Shown: positions 53,811-64,000, counted from the first letter of the stretch. The stretch is DNA of 64,000 nucleotides from an uncultured Acidobacteriota bacterium (GCA_963804995.1 CAWDSK010000002.1:384001-448000), one strand, 5' to 3'. Program-made: numbers and translations. The notes: generated from the letters alone by a model not told the origin.

Positions 53811-54458
53811 ATGACGCGTATTTCTGAAGTGATGCCCTCATACGGCGGCAAGATCATTAGAGTGACCCTGGCCGCGCTGGGTCTCGCGATTTTTAGTTTC
53901 TTTGGCTTCCTGAATTTGTCCTTTTCGCAACTGCCTCCTTCTACCAATGCACCGCACGTGGGGCAGAAGGCGCCGGACTTTACCCTGCCTGACCAGAACG
54001 GCAAGCCCGTCTCACTCCCAAGCCTGCTTAAACCATCGGGTAGTACGGCGGGAAAAAGTGGTGGGGTCATCCTGATTTTCTACCGGGGCTATTGGTGACC
54101 GTTCTGCGTCTCCGAGTTACGGAGCTTCCAAGAACAATTGAGCGAGTATGGCAAGCGAAACATTCGTGTGGTGGCGGTGAGTGTTGACCCTGTGGAGGTT
54201 AACCTGGCGCTTAGTAAGAAAGTAGGTCTTACGTTTCCACTGCTTGCGGATCCCAGCGCCCAAGTTGTCCGCCGCTACGATCTGCTGCACGCTGGGGCCG
54301 GCCCGGGCGGTCATGACATGTCGCGGCCGGCGGAGTTTCTGATCGATACCACCGGTACAGTCCGCTGGGTGAACTTGACGGAGAATTTCCGCGTCCGCGT
54401 GCACGGCGAGGAAGTTCTCAAGGTGTCGGACCAACTGGGAGTGGGCGCTCGGCCGTAA
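53811..54458 (+). CDS. Peroxiredoxin-like (AhpC/TSA) selenoprotein, in-frame UGA at 54096-54098
   Basis: GQKAPDFTLPD...FYRGYW-UGA-PFCVSEL...VAVSVD...FPLLAD...RPAEFLID..G.VRW. The two computed ORFs are in the same frame, and the UGA aligns with the first Cys of CxxC. Confidence 0.88.
54101..54135 (+). promoter_or_regulatory. Bacterial SECIS-like hairpin
   Basis: Upper stem CTCCG/CGGAG with loop AGTTA starting 16 nt after the UGA; lower stem GTTCT/AGAAC. Confidence 0.65.
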
Positions 54459-54474
54459 AGTTGGCCGTGGCGCG

Positions 54475-56088
54475 TCACCCACGCTTCAGCTTTTTCCAGT
54501 CCTTCAGGATTTCACGCGCGGCGTTGTGGCCGGGGGCGCCCATTACGCCGCCGCCCGGGTGTGTGCCGGAGCCGCATAGATAAAGACCGCGCAGGGGCGT
54601 GCGGTACTTGGCCCAGCCCGGCACGGGCCGCAGGAAGTAGAGCTGGTCCACGCTCATCTCGCCGTGAAAGATGTTCCCGCCCGTCATACCGTATTCCTCT
54701 TCCAGGTCGAGCGGCGAAAGCACGTGGCGGTGCAGCACGGTGCTTTTGAAACCCGGCGCGTACTCTTCGATCATGTCCATCACACGGTCGGCGTAACTTT
54801 CCTTGATCGCATGCCAGTTCGGCGCCACCTCGGGCGACAGGGTATAAGGCGTGTATTGCAGGAAGATGTTCATCACGTGTTTGCCCGCCGGCGCGAGCGT
54901 GGTGTCGTACGTGGTGGGAATCGTGATTTCGAGCATGGGCCGGGCGCTGGGGCGGCCGTATTTGGAATCATCGTAGGCACGCTCGATGTATTCCAGCGTC
55001 GGGCAGATGTGGATAGTGGTCTTGTGATGCGGCGCAACCTCCGCGCCAGGCAAGCACGTAAAGTTGGGCAGACCGTTGAGCGCCAGGTTGATCTTCATTG
55101 AAACGCCTTCGATCTTAAGGGCGCGAATCGCGGAATAGAAATCCGCGGGAAGTTCGCGCTCTTCGAGGAGCTTCAGGAAAGTCACCTTGGGGTCAGCGTT
55201 CGAGGCGATGACGCGGGCGCGAATCTCTTCGCCGCTTGCGAGCGCCACACCCTGGGCGCGGCCGTCCTTCGCGAGGATACGCATCACGCGCGCGCCAGTG
55301 CGAATCTCCGCACCTTGAGATTCCGCCGACGCGGCCATGGCTTGGGTAACGCCACCCATGCCGCCGCGCACGAATCCCCACAGACCGCGTTTGCCGCCTA
55401 CGCCGCCCATGCAGTGATGGAGCAGCACATAGGCCGTGCCGGGCGTGTAAGGGCCGCCCTTGGTGCCGATCACACCGTCCGTGGCAAGCGCCACCTTCAG
55501 CTCCTCCGACTCAAACCAGGGATCGAGAAAATCCCTCACGCTTTCGGAAAGGATGCGCAGGTGGCCCACCAGTTCTTCCGCCGGCATCTTCGCGACGCGA
55601 CGGCCCAGGCCCGCGAGGGTTTGCCAGTCGGCAAGGCTGCGGCGGGTGATGTCCGGCGGAGTTTCGAGCAACAACGGTTCGATGAAGCGCGCCAGGCGGT
55701 CGACGAATTCCTCGTACTGCGGGTAGCGCTCGGCATCCCGCGCGGAGAATTTGCGGATCTCGTCGCAGGTCTTCGCGGTGTCGGACCACATGATCAGGTG
55801 GCGGCCGTCGGGCAGAGGGCTGAAGAAGGCAGGGTCTTTGGGATAAACGTAGAACCCGAACTTTTCGAGCTCCAGGTCCCGCGTGACTTTCTCCTGCATC
55901 AGGCTACACAGATAGGAGGTGGTCGAAAATTTGAAGCCGGGAAAAATTTCTTCCGTCACACACACGCCGCCCACCACCGGGCGGCTTTCGAGCACCAGCG
56001 TCTGCAACCCCGCACGCGCCAGATATCCGGCAGTGACCAGGCCGTTGTGGCCGGCGCCGATGATGACGACATCGTATTCTTTGGGCAT
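54475..56088 (-). CDS. Phytoene dehydrogenase-like FAD/NAD(P) oxidoreductase
   Basis: IIGAGHNGL, GGMGGV, GGNIFHGEM, YLCGSGTHPGGGVMG.PG.NAA. Confidence 0.9.
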   Translation of the reverse strand: MPKEYDVVIIGAGHNGLVTAGYLARAGLQTLVLESRPVVGGVCVTEEIFPGFKFSTTSYLCSLMQEKVTRDLELEKFGFYVYPKDPAFFSPLPDGRHLIMWSDTAKTCDEIRKFSARDAERYPQYEEFVDRLARFIEPLLLETPPDITRRSLADWQTLAGLGRRVAKMPAEELVGHLRILSESVRDFLDPWFESEELKVALATDGVIGTKGGPYTPGTAYVLLHHCMGGVGGKRGLWGFVRGGMGGVTQAMAASAESQGAEIRTGARVMRILAKDGRAQGVALASGEEIRARVIASNADPKVTFLKLLEERELPADFYSAIRALKIEGVSMKINLALNGLPNFTCLPGAEVAPHHKTTIHICPTLEYIERAYDDSKYGRPSARPMLEITIPTTYDTTLAPAGKHVMNIFLQYTPYTLSPEVAPNWHAIKESYADRVMDMIEEYAPGFKSTVLHRHVLSPLDLEEEYGMTGGNIFHGEMSVDQLYFLRPVPGWAKYRTPLRGLYLCGSGTHPGGGVMGAPGHNAAREILKDWKKLKRG

Positions 56089-56239
56089 AGGTGACCAGAG
56101 CGTTGGATTATAATCCGGGAGCGAGCTTATCCGAGCATGCACCGTGGACGCAAGCGTTCTGCTGGACGGGTGGAACCCAAGTTTGCGAATGGGAATTCGG
56201 ATGTGCTCCGGCTAGCGAGGCACTCCACTGGAGGTGCGT

Positions 56240-56461
56240 ATGATTATGCTGAAGTTGGCCGTTGTCACATGCTCCTTTTACCTTGCGGCAACAGTGTTAA
56301 TGTGGGCAGCGACCGTAGTGTTAGCCCACTTGTTAGGTGGCTTTGGGTATTCTGTAACCCGTTGGGGATGGGCTGCCCTTTTTGGAACCGTCTGGCTCAT
56401 CTCGTTTCTTTTGTCATGGCGTATCGTTGTGACGCCCATTATCGCAAAGATTCCAAAATGA
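56240..56461 (+). CDS. Small two-TM hypothetical membrane protein
   Basis: GGAGGT RBS; two hydrophobic segments. Confidence 0.55.
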   Translation: MIMLKLAVVTCSFYLAATVLMWAATVVLAHLLGGFGYSVTRWGWAALFGTVWLISFLLSWRIVVTPIIAKIPK

Positions 56462-56486
56462 ATTACTGGCGGACGGAGATGATCCG

Positions 56487-57005
56487 ATGGGAAGGACACA
56501 AGTGTTGGCAGTGGCGATTTTGGGCGCGTGGTTGATGACGACATTGTGCATGTGGTTTGCGGCCACCAAGAGCTTTGCGACCGTTGAGCGCGTGATGAAG
56601 CGGGCTGACCCGCAATTCATCGAGGCTACCAAACCCCTGAGCGAAGCTTCCACACGCGTGGTGCTGCGTTATATGGCTTCCGAAATCAATCGCACCCTTT
56701 TCTGGGGTTACGGGGCATTGCAGATTGCGTTGGGAGTGATTCTGTTCCTGCTACTCTGGCGGCAGACGCCGCGTAATGGGGTGGATATCGGGGTGGTGGC
56801 GACGATGCTGGCCTTGTCGGTGATCCTGACCTTTGTGATTACGCCTTTGATTATCTCCCTCGGCCGAAGCATCGATTTCGTTCCGCGCAATCCTCCTCCG
56901 CCTGTCATGCCACGCTTCTGGGCGCTGCACGGGTCGTTCACGGGACTGGACGGCGTGAAACTCCTCGCCGGGCTCAGCCTGCTCATCCGCTGGATCTTCC
57001 GGTAA
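56487..57005 (+). CDS. DUF4149-like membrane protein
   Basis: Four TM segments; RF..LHG motif; GGAG RBS. Confidence 0.7.
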   Translation: MGRTQVLAVAILGAWLMTTLCMWFAATKSFATVERVMKRADPQFIEATKPLSEASTRVVLRYMASEINRTLFWGYGALQIALGVILFLLLWRQTPRNGVDIGVVATMLALSVILTFVITPLIISLGRSIDFVPRNPPPPVMPRFWALHGSFTGLDGVKLLAGLSLLIRWIFR

Positions 57006-57099
57006 GCCTATTGACATTTACCTTTTGGTTTTCTCTTGCGGCCCAGCCACTCTGCAGTGCAATAGCACAAATTCTTGTTTTTCGAGCGGGCAATTTCGC

Positions 57100-57185
57100 G
57101 AAGTGGGACTGTCCCACTTGTTGCTCTCCGCGCGCTCTAGCGCGCGTTGTCCCACCAAATTCCCAACCTTCTTGCGTTTTGCGCA
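57100..57185 (-). repeat. Dispersed GTGGGAC repeat, diverged copy 3
   Basis: Reverse complement GGGAATTTGGTGGGACAACGCGCGCTAGAGCGCGCGGAGAGCAACAAGTGGGACAGTCCCAC. Confidence 0.7.
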
Positions 57186-57240
57186 TGGACTTTTCACTTG
57201 CGTCTCCGTCACGCTAAGCTGCTTCGGGCAGCGTGATACT

Positions 57241-59436
57241 TCACTTCCCGCTCACCTCATTCCACAAGAATGCCAACTCGTCGGCGGTGTCTTTGATGGC
57301 CTGCGTAATCGAAACGCCTGCGCTATGGCCGCTGACGGTTTGGTAGCGCAACAGGATGGGCCGGCCGCTCGAGTTATCGGCTTGGACGAGGGCGGTCATT
57401 TTGCGGGCGTGCAGAGGATCAACGCGCGTATCGCTATCGCCGGTGTTGAACATGATGGCGGGAAACTTCGTGCCCGGCTTCACATTTTGATAGGGCGAAT
57501 ATTTCCGCAGGTAGACGAACTGGTCCGGATTATCGGCTGATCCATATTCGGTAGTCCACCACTTGCCAATGAGGAAGTTCTGGAAGCGCAGCATGTCGAG
57601 CAGTGGAAACCCGCACCAGATGGCGCCGAACATCTCCGGGTGTTGGGTCATGGCCGCGCCCATCAAGAGGCCGCCATTGGAGCGCCCACGTATGGCCAGC
57701 CGCCGGGGCGACGTGTACTTCTCGTCGACTAGATACTGAGCCGCGGCGAAGAAATCGTCGAAGACGTTCTGCTTGTGTTCGAACATTCCTGCCTGGTGCC
57801 ATTTCTCGCCGTACTCACCCCCGCCGCGCAGATTGGGCTGCGCATAGAAGCCACCCTGCTCCATCCACCAGGCATATTCGGGGTTCCACGCGGGGTCCAG
57901 GCTGACCATGAATCCGCCATAGCCGAACATCAGCGTGGGGGTTTTGCCATCGCGCTTGACGCCTTTCTTGGAGGAGATGAACATGGGCACGCGCGTGCCG
58001 TCCTTCGATTTGTAGAACACCTGCTTCACTTCATACTGATCGGAGGCAAAGGGGACCTCCGGTTTGGCAAAGATTTCGGTTTTCCCGGTGTTGACGTTGT
58101 AGTGATAGATGGTCGGCGGGATGATGAAGGACTCGAAGCTGTAGAATCCCTCCGGGGCGTCAGCGCGGCCGGACAGCGCGCTTGCCGCGCCCAGGGTGGG
58201 GTACTCGATCCTTCCGGTCTCGTTCCCCTCCAGCGTAAAGATGCGGGTTTCCGTCACCACATCGCGCAGTCCGGTGACGAAGAGTTTTCCACCGACAATC
58301 GAAATGTCGGAGATGACGTCCTTCCCCTCGGGCACGAGGTTGGTCCAGTGCTGCGGTTCCGGGTCCGCAATGGGCACCTTCACCACGCGATAGTTCGGCG
58401 CCTGGTAGTCGGTCAGCACATAGAGATCGTCGCCGTAGTTCTCAGCGGTGAAGCGGCTGTCGATTCCATGAATGATCCAGCGCATCGGCGAGCCCGGCTG
58501 GCGCAGATTTTTCGCGGCAATATCGACGCGCGTGGCCGGAACGCCGTGCGCTACCTCGATTATCAAATAGCGCCCGTTCTCTGTGATCGAGGCGCTCATG
58601 AGCTGCATGGGGCCCAAACTCTCGCCTTCGAAGCTCTTGCCGAACACCAGTTCATCGCTCGCCGCGGGTGATCCGAACCGGTGGTAGAAGACGAGCGAAC
58701 CCGCCGGATTGGCGCGCGCGTAGTAGAGTCCTTGTTTATCGGGGCTAAGCTGGATGCCATCATAACGCGCGGCGGGCAGAGAGTCAGGGAGGTCCGCCCT
58801 CGTCGCCACATCGAAAATGTGGACCGACATCTCATCGGCGCCGCCGGAACGAATTCCGTAAACCAGCCGCGTGCCATCCTTCGAGATGTCCTCGATCTGT
58901 ACGGAGGTGTTTTGGTCGGCGCTCAGTTTCGTTGCGTCGACCAGCCGTTCCTCCTTTCCGTGCAATCCGCGCCGCAGATAGATTGATCCCTGGTTCTCGT
59001 CGGCCAGCCGCTTCTTGAAGAAATAATTCCCGCCGCGCTCAACTGGAATGCCGTAACTCTCCACGCGTTCGAGCCTGGTGAGTTCCTTGACGATCGCGGG
59101 CCGGATCTTTACCTGCGAGAGATATTGTTCAGTGTATTTCATCTGCTCGCCGATCCAGGCGCGAGTCGCCGGACTCTTCCCATCCTCCAGCCAGCGATAG
59201 GGATCAGTCAGTGTGGTTCCATGAAGGTTCTCGGTCACAGGCTGGGCCTCGGTGGGAGGCGGAGGAGGAAGGATGATTCCGTTGCCACCCTTTACCTGGG
59301 GAGACTTGTCGGCGGCGAGAGTAAAGAGTCCGAACAGGAGGCAGATAATCAATCCGGGAATTCCTTTGGGACGTCGAAATCGGCCGTGGGGCGCGACCCT
59401 CTTGCCCATCCGCGGCATGGTAAAGCAATTTCTCAT
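57241..59436 (-). CDS. Prolyl oligopeptidase (S9A), secreted
   Basis: DPYRWLED, YGGF, RGGGEYG..WH, GRSNGGLL (Ser), DTRV (Asp), GH (His). Confidence 0.96.
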   Translation of the reverse strand: MRNCFTMPRMGKRVAPHGRFRRPKGIPGLIICLLFGLFTLAADKSPQVKGGNGIILPPPPPTEAQPVTENLHGTTLTDPYRWLEDGKSPATRAWIGEQMKYTEQYLSQVKIRPAIVKELTRLERVESYGIPVERGGNYFFKKRLADENQGSIYLRRGLHGKEERLVDATKLSADQNTSVQIEDISKDGTRLVYGIRSGGADEMSVHIFDVATRADLPDSLPAARYDGIQLSPDKQGLYYARANPAGSLVFYHRFGSPAASDELVFGKSFEGESLGPMQLMSASITENGRYLIIEVAHGVPATRVDIAAKNLRQPGSPMRWIIHGIDSRFTAENYGDDLYVLTDYQAPNYRVVKVPIADPEPQHWTNLVPEGKDVISDISIVGGKLFVTGLRDVVTETRIFTLEGNETGRIEYPTLGAASALSGRADAPEGFYSFESFIIPPTIYHYNVNTGKTEIFAKPEVPFASDQYEVKQVFYKSKDGTRVPMFISSKKGVKRDGKTPTLMFGYGGFMVSLDPAWNPEYAWWMEQGGFYAQPNLRGGGEYGEKWHQAGMFEHKQNVFDDFFAAAQYLVDEKYTSPRRLAIRGRSNGGLLMGAAMTQHPEMFGAIWCGFPLLDMLRFQNFLIGKWWTTEYGSADNPDQFVYLRKYSPYQNVKPGTKFPAIMFNTGDSDTRVDPLHARKMTALVQADNSSGRPILLRYQTVSGHSAGVSITQAIKDTADELAFLWNEVSGK

Positions 59437-59751
59437 GGGAGCACTCCCGGTCGTGCGTCATCTGCACCGGCACGCCCGAAGTCGTCGCCATTTGCGACCG
59501 GTTATGGCAACACCCTCACTCCTCCGGACTCAGGTGAGCGCGATTCCCGAATGCAGACCCCACCACCTTATCTTTCCATACGCCGCTACTGGCATGATTT
59601 CTATCACAACATTCCGCAGAAGTCCTGATAAGCCGCCAATACGGGTGTATACTAGCACTCCCCGACGGTCTCCCTCGCCCGTCCCGTCCATATCGTGGCG
59701 GCGCTGTGCCATGCTTATAGTACAACTGCCGCCAATCTCAAGGAGCCAATC

Positions 59752-60222
59752 ATGAAGGGTAAACCTGAAGTGTTGCAAATCCTGCAGGAAGCGTTAACCG
59801 ATGAATTGGGCGCGGTGCACGGATACATCCTCCACGCCGAGATGTGCGAGGCCTGGGGTTACAAAGGTCTCGCGGGCCTGACCACCAAGCGGGCGATTGA
59901 AGAAATGAAGCACGCCGAAAAGTTGATGGCGCGGATTCTTTATCTCGAAGGCGCGCCCGACGTGCAGTCGCTGCCCAAAATCGTGGTGGGAAAAACCGTG
60001 GAAGCGCAGTTGGCGGATGGCCTGAAAAGTGAGCAAGGGGCCATGGTGAGCTACAACCAGGGAATTGCCGCATGCGCCAAAGCCGGGGACAATGGCTCCG
60101 CGGACCTGCTGCGCTCAAACCTGCTCAACGAGGAGCGGCACGCCGATTATCTGGAGACGCAACTCAGCCTCATTAAAGAAATCGGCTTGGCGAATTACCT
60201 GGCCAGGAACTTGACGGAATAA
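59752..60222 (+). CDS. bfr: Bacterioferritin
   Basis: MKG start; EL, EEMKHAE (heme Met), RILYLEG.P, EERH; AAGGAG RBS. Confidence 0.93.
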   Translation: MKGKPEVLQILQEALTDELGAVHGYILHAEMCEAWGYKGLAGLTTKRAIEEMKHAEKLMARILYLEGAPDVQSLPKIVVGKTVEAQLADGLKSEQGAMVSYNQGIAACAKAGDNGSADLLRSNLLNEERHADYLETQLSLIKEIGLANYLARNLTE

Positions 60223-60254
60223 ATGTAGGTGGAAAGCAAGGCGTGAGGATGCGA

Positions 60255-60297
60255 AGCTTTGGAGTGCGGTCCGCCGCGGCGAACCGCACTTCAAAGC
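60255..60297. repeat. REP-like hairpin (GGAGTGCGG type) between convergent genes, possible terminator
   Basis: GCTTTGGAGTGCGGT...ACCGCACTTCAAAGC. Confidence 0.6.
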
Positions 60298-60332
60298 GGA
60301 CTTCGCCACTCAACCCGTAGTGGCCCGCGCCT

Positions 60333-60831
60333 CTAAGCTTTCACAAACCGCTGTCCTTTGGCGCCGCAGATAGGGCATGCCTCAGGAGCTTGGCCCATTT
60401 TAATAAATCCGCAGACGGGGCACAGATAGAAATCGACGCCCTCCAAATCTTTCCCGTTGGCCACAGCATCCAGCGCCATTTGGTAAAGTTGCGCGTGCAC
60501 GGCTTCCGCTCTCATGGCGTAGTCGAACATGCGCTTCGCCCGATGGCCATCCCCCGTCGCTTGCTCAGAGCATGGGCGGATACATTTCCTTGTACTCGTA
60601 CGTCTCGCCTGCCACGGCCGCGCGCAGGTTGTCTACCGTCGACCCCACGCCATCCAGGGCCCCGAAGTGCCCCAGTGCGTGAATGGTTTCCGCCTCGGGC
60701 GCGGTTCGAAACAGTCGCGCCACGTTGGCGAAACCCTCCTGTTCCGCCTTTCTGGCAAACGCCACGTACTTGCGGTTCGCCTGACTCTCGCCCGCGAACG
60801 CGTCCTAAAGATTGCTTTCCATTGTGGCCAT
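60333..60831 (-). CDS. rbr: Rubrerythrin, with two apparent frameshifts (about 60806 and 60560)
   Basis: DAFAGESQANRKY, AETIHA, GETYEY..MYP, AEAVHA, rubredoxin-like CPVCG...CPICG, split over three frames. Confidence 0.85.
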
Positions 60832-61080
60832 TAATCGACTCCTTATATCTATGATTGCTACGAGATTTCGGACCCTTAGGATTGTGGCAACTTCGTTTTC
60901 AACCGTCGACATACACAATGTCAGACAACGCACAACCGCAAAATCTCTAGGGTGCAGAGGGCCTCGGGTCGTGACGCAGGGTTCAGGGAAAAGATTCTCA
61001 TCTTGGGTATCGCGCGGGTTTTGACATCTTGGTGGGCTGCACATATCTTAGGAGAATCGTAAATCCCTGGGAGGTTACTG

Positions 61081-62067
61081 ATGGCTGCGAAGCGCTGGTG
61101 GCACTCTGTGCTGGGAGCTTCGACGCGCGGCATGCTGTGGATTCTTTTGCTTCTGTCTCCGGCCGAGGTCTGGCCATGGGGGTGCGACGGGCACCAGGCA
61201 GTCGCCATAATCGCAGAGAAGCATTTGAACGGGCACGCGCTGGAGATGGCGAACCAGTTGTTGAAGAGCGCGCCGATTGATCCTGCGCTTCGCCGTTTTT
61301 GCAGTGGTCAGGGGCTCGATCTATTCGCGGATGTATCTACCTGGGCGGACGACGAGAGAAGCGTGCGACCGGAGACAGGTCCGTGGCATTACATTGACAT
61401 CCCCCGGGGGGCACCGCGCAGCACCGTGGCGGACTCTTGCCCGTCTGCCACGGGTTGTGTGACCAGCGCGATAACCCATCAACTCGAACTGCTCCGCAAC
61501 AGCGCAACTGATGCCAGAACGCGCGCCGACGCTCTGCGTTATGTCATTCACTTTGTGGGGGACCTTCATCAACCCCTGCACTGCACAACGAACAACGACC
61601 TGGGGGGTAACTGCGTGCCCATCGTCTTCTTTGGAGTTCCCCCCACCCTAACGAACCCGCAAACGGAATCCTATCGGCCGAATCTGCATGCGGTCTGGGA
61701 TTCTCAAATTATTCAGCGTATGAGGGGGAGCGCTTCAGTGGAGCAGTGGGCGGCCTCTCTTGAGCGCAAGTTCCACTCGCAAACCAGCGCTTGGCAGAAA
61801 GAGGGCGTAAACCTGGAGGCATGGGCCTGGGATAGCCATCAGTTGGCCGAATCGGCTGCGTACGGGCGGCTGCCGGCCTCCATCCCCACGGAGAAACCTG
61901 AGACAGTGATTTCGTGCAGTGCGGACAACCATGTTTCCCAGCGTATGCTAAAGCTCGATGAACAAGTGTCGCAGCAGTATCAGAACGCGGTGGCGCCGGT
62001 CATTGACGAGCAAATCGCGAAGGCGGGGATCCGGCTGGCAATGATCTTGAACCAACTGTGGCCCTGA
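61081..62067 (+). CDS. S1/P1 nuclease, secreted
   Basis: WG..GH, WAD, WHYID, HFVGDLHQPLH, NLHAVWD, AG.RLA..LN. Confidence 0.95.
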   Translation: MAAKRWWHSVLGASTRGMLWILLLLSPAEVWPWGCDGHQAVAIIAEKHLNGHALEMANQLLKSAPIDPALRRFCSGQGLDLFADVSTWADDERSVRPETGPWHYIDIPRGAPRSTVADSCPSATGCVTSAITHQLELLRNSATDARTRADALRYVIHFVGDLHQPLHCTTNNDLGGNCVPIVFFGVPPTLTNPQTESYRPNLHAVWDSQIIQRMRGSASVEQWAASLERKFHSQTSAWQKEGVNLEAWAWDSHQLAESAAYGRLPASIPTEKPETVISCSADNHVSQRMLKLDEQVSQQYQNAVAPVIDEQIAKAGIRLAMILNQLWP

Positions 62068-62100
62068 GGCGGGAGTCGACCAAGTAGCGAGATTTCGTCA

Positions 62101-63852
62101 CTAAGCGTTCAACTCCGCCGTCGGCAAGAACGTTGGCGGGCGGCGGTGTTGGGTGGCTTGTTCAAATGCGTAGGCGATTTTGATGAGGGTTGGCTCGCTC
62201 CAGGCGCGGCCGAAGAACGAGATTCCCACCGGCAAGCCGAAGATGAATCCCAGTGGAACGCTGATATGCGGATAGCCGGCGACGGCTGCGGCGGTGGAAC
62301 TGCCGCCCAGATCGTGGTCGCCATCGATGTGGTCGGTCACCCACGCAGGCGCGCCGGTGGGGGCCACCAGCGCGTCGAGCTTGAACTTGTCCATCACCGC
62401 GTCGATTCCTTCGGCGCGCATCAGACGTTTGCTCTTCTCCAGCGCATCCAGATATTCCTTCCGGAAAATCGAACCCGTGGCTTGCGCTTTGATAAAAAGG
62501 TCCTGGCCAAAGAAGGGCATTTCCGTTTCGCGGTGCTGCTCGTTGAAGGCGATAACTTCTTCGAGCGAATGCACCGGCGCGGTGGGCCCGAGGCCCGCCA
62601 GGTAAGCGTTAAGATCCGCCTTGAGCTCGTAAAGCATCACCCGGAGTTCCGAGTCGCCGAGTTGATCCAGTGTCGGGATGTCCGCGGGATCCGTGATCTC
62701 CGCACCCTGGCGCTTTATCTCTTCGATCGCCTCGTTCATCAACTTGTCAACAGCATCGCTGAAGCCAAAAATCTTGCGCACCACGCCGATCCGCGCGCCG
62801 CTCAATCCCTTGCGGTCCAGGAACGTTGTGTAGTCGGGCAGGAGCGCCTTATTGTGAGCGCTTCCCGCCACCCGAAGGCGTGTACCGCCGAGGTCAATAT
62901 TCGCCTTGTCTGGGAAAATGTAAGCGCGGTCACTCTGCTGCGTCGCGGGATCGTCAGGGTCGATTCCGACCAGCGCGCCCAGCAGAATCGCGGCATCGGT
63001 AACGGTGCGAGCCAGGGGGCCTGCGGTGTCCTGGCTGTGCGCGATGGGGATGATGCCGGCGCGGCTTACCAATCCCACGGTGGGCTTGATACCCACAAGG
63101 CCGTTGGCGTTCGCCGGGCACACGATGGAGCCATCGGTCTCGGTGCCAATGGCCACGGCCGCAAGGTTGGCCGCCACGGCGGCGCCGGACCCTGAACTCG
63201 AACCGCAAGGATTGCGGTCAAGTACGTAAGGATTGCGCGTCTGGCCGCCGCGCCCGCTCCAGCCGCTGGTCGAGTGTGACGACCGGATGTTCGCCCACTC
63301 GCTCAGGTTGGTCTTGCCGAGAATCACCGCACCCGCGTCACGCAGCTTTTTTGCGAAGAAGGAATCTTTGGGTGGCACGGATCCCACCAGCGCCAACGAA
63401 CCTGCCGTGGTCTGCATGCGGTCGTGGGTGGCAATGTTGTCTTTGATGAGAATGGGAATGCCATGCAGCGGACCGCGCGGCCCCCGGGCTTTGCGCTCGC
63501 GGTCGAGATCGTCGGCAATGGAGAGCGCGTCGGGATTCAGTTCGATCACCGAATTGACGTTGGGCCCGTGCTTGTCAATTTCGTCGATGCGTGCGAGATA
63601 TTTTTCGGCCAGAGAGCGCGCCGTAAATTTGGCGGACTTCATACTGTCCTGTAGGGTCGTGATGGTGATTTCGTCGAGCTCGAAGGGCGCGACAGCCGAT
63701 GCCCTGGGAGTTGCCTCCCCGGCGGTTGGGCCGGCTTCCGCCGGCCGCGCTTCGAGTGATGGCATTGCTGCCGTGGCGCTCACTATCCCGGCTTTCAAAA
63801 AGCCGCGGCGATTCAGATTCAATAGGGAAGAGGGCTTCAGGGTGGGTCCCAA
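62101..63852 (-). CDS. Amidase (amidase signature family) with a Tat signal
   Basis: NRRGFL; LHGIPILIKDNI, GKTNLSEWAN, CGSSSGSG, GTETDGSI. Confidence 0.95.
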   Translation of the reverse strand: MGPTLKPSSLLNLNRRGFLKAGIVSATAAMPSLEARPAEAGPTAGEATPRASAVAPFELDEITITTLQDSMKSAKFTARSLAEKYLARIDEIDKHGPNVNSVIELNPDALSIADDLDRERKARGPRGPLHGIPILIKDNIATHDRMQTTAGSLALVGSVPPKDSFFAKKLRDAGAVILGKTNLSEWANIRSSHSTSGWSGRGGQTRNPYVLDRNPCGSSSGSGAAVAANLAAVAIGTETDGSIVCPANANGLVGIKPTVGLVSRAGIIPIAHSQDTAGPLARTVTDAAILLGALVGIDPDDPATQQSDRAYIFPDKANIDLGGTRLRVAGSAHNKALLPDYTTFLDRKGLSGARIGVVRKIFGFSDAVDKLMNEAIEEIKRQGAEITDPADIPTLDQLGDSELRVMLYELKADLNAYLAGLGPTAPVHSLEEVIAFNEQHRETEMPFFGQDLFIKAQATGSIFRKEYLDALEKSKRLMRAEGIDAVMDKFKLDALVAPTGAPAWVTDHIDGDHDLGGSSTAAAVAGYPHISVPLGFIFGLPVGISFFGRAWSEPTLIKIAYAFEQATQHRRPPTFLPTAELNA

Positions 63853-63926
63853 GGTTTCTGACCTCCTGTTAGGTCGCCATCACGAGGCGTCGCGTTCCCG
63901 GATCGCAGGACGGTGGCTCGATCTGC

Positions 63927-63997
63927 TGTAGCGGCGGCGGAACCTGTCCCGATCTTATCGGGACGCCGCCATATGGCGAGGTAAACTCGCCGCTACA
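63927..63997. repeat. GTAG REP doublet, family copy 3
   Basis: Near-identical to 53463-53536. Confidence 0.85.
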
Positions 63998-64000
63998 AGA

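Noticed and set aside
54475..56088. Carotenoid biosynthesis crtI
   Set aside because: No crtB/crtE neighbours, and the motifs fit the broad phytoene-dehydrogenase-like family of unknown substrate.

Overview
GC-rich bacterial chromosomal segment. Gene content and repeat style suggest Acidobacteriota (Terriglobia-like); this is inference only. Core content: an LPS inner-core/lipid A cluster (waaA-lpxK-waaF-hldA-hldC-waaC plus a PEMT-like gene and DUF3108), rlmD-comEC, valS-nadC-birA-coaX, rpe-like-bamD, transporters, two hybrid histidine kinases, a TonB receptor-YfiR pair, GH2, VapBC, bacterioferritin, rubrerythrin, prolyl oligopeptidase, S1/P1 nuclease and an amidase. About ten apparent frameshifts (mostly single-base), several in normally important genes, point to assembly error rather than biology. 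Features the ORF track hides: (1) a UGA-selenocysteine peroxiredoxin-like gene (UxxC) with a SECIS-like hairpin at 53811-54458; (2) a RAYT (HUH/Y1) transposase bracketed by its own TTGGACTGCGG REP doublets and joined to a Type ISP restriction-modification gene fragment, with a RAYT-less twin at 31.3-31.6 kb; (3) a complete IS4 with terminal inverted repeats (TIRs) and an 11-bp target duplication, inserted into a palindromic repeat whose empty copy lies nearby; (4) nested miniature elements (IS1-like MITE > REP doublet > 128-bp MITE and mini-palindrome); (5) a tandem 56-bp repeat with compensatory base-pair changes; (6) a TBDR-YfiR module separated by about 7 kb from a CHASE8-type hybrid kinase. 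No rRNA, tRNA or CRISPR array was seen.
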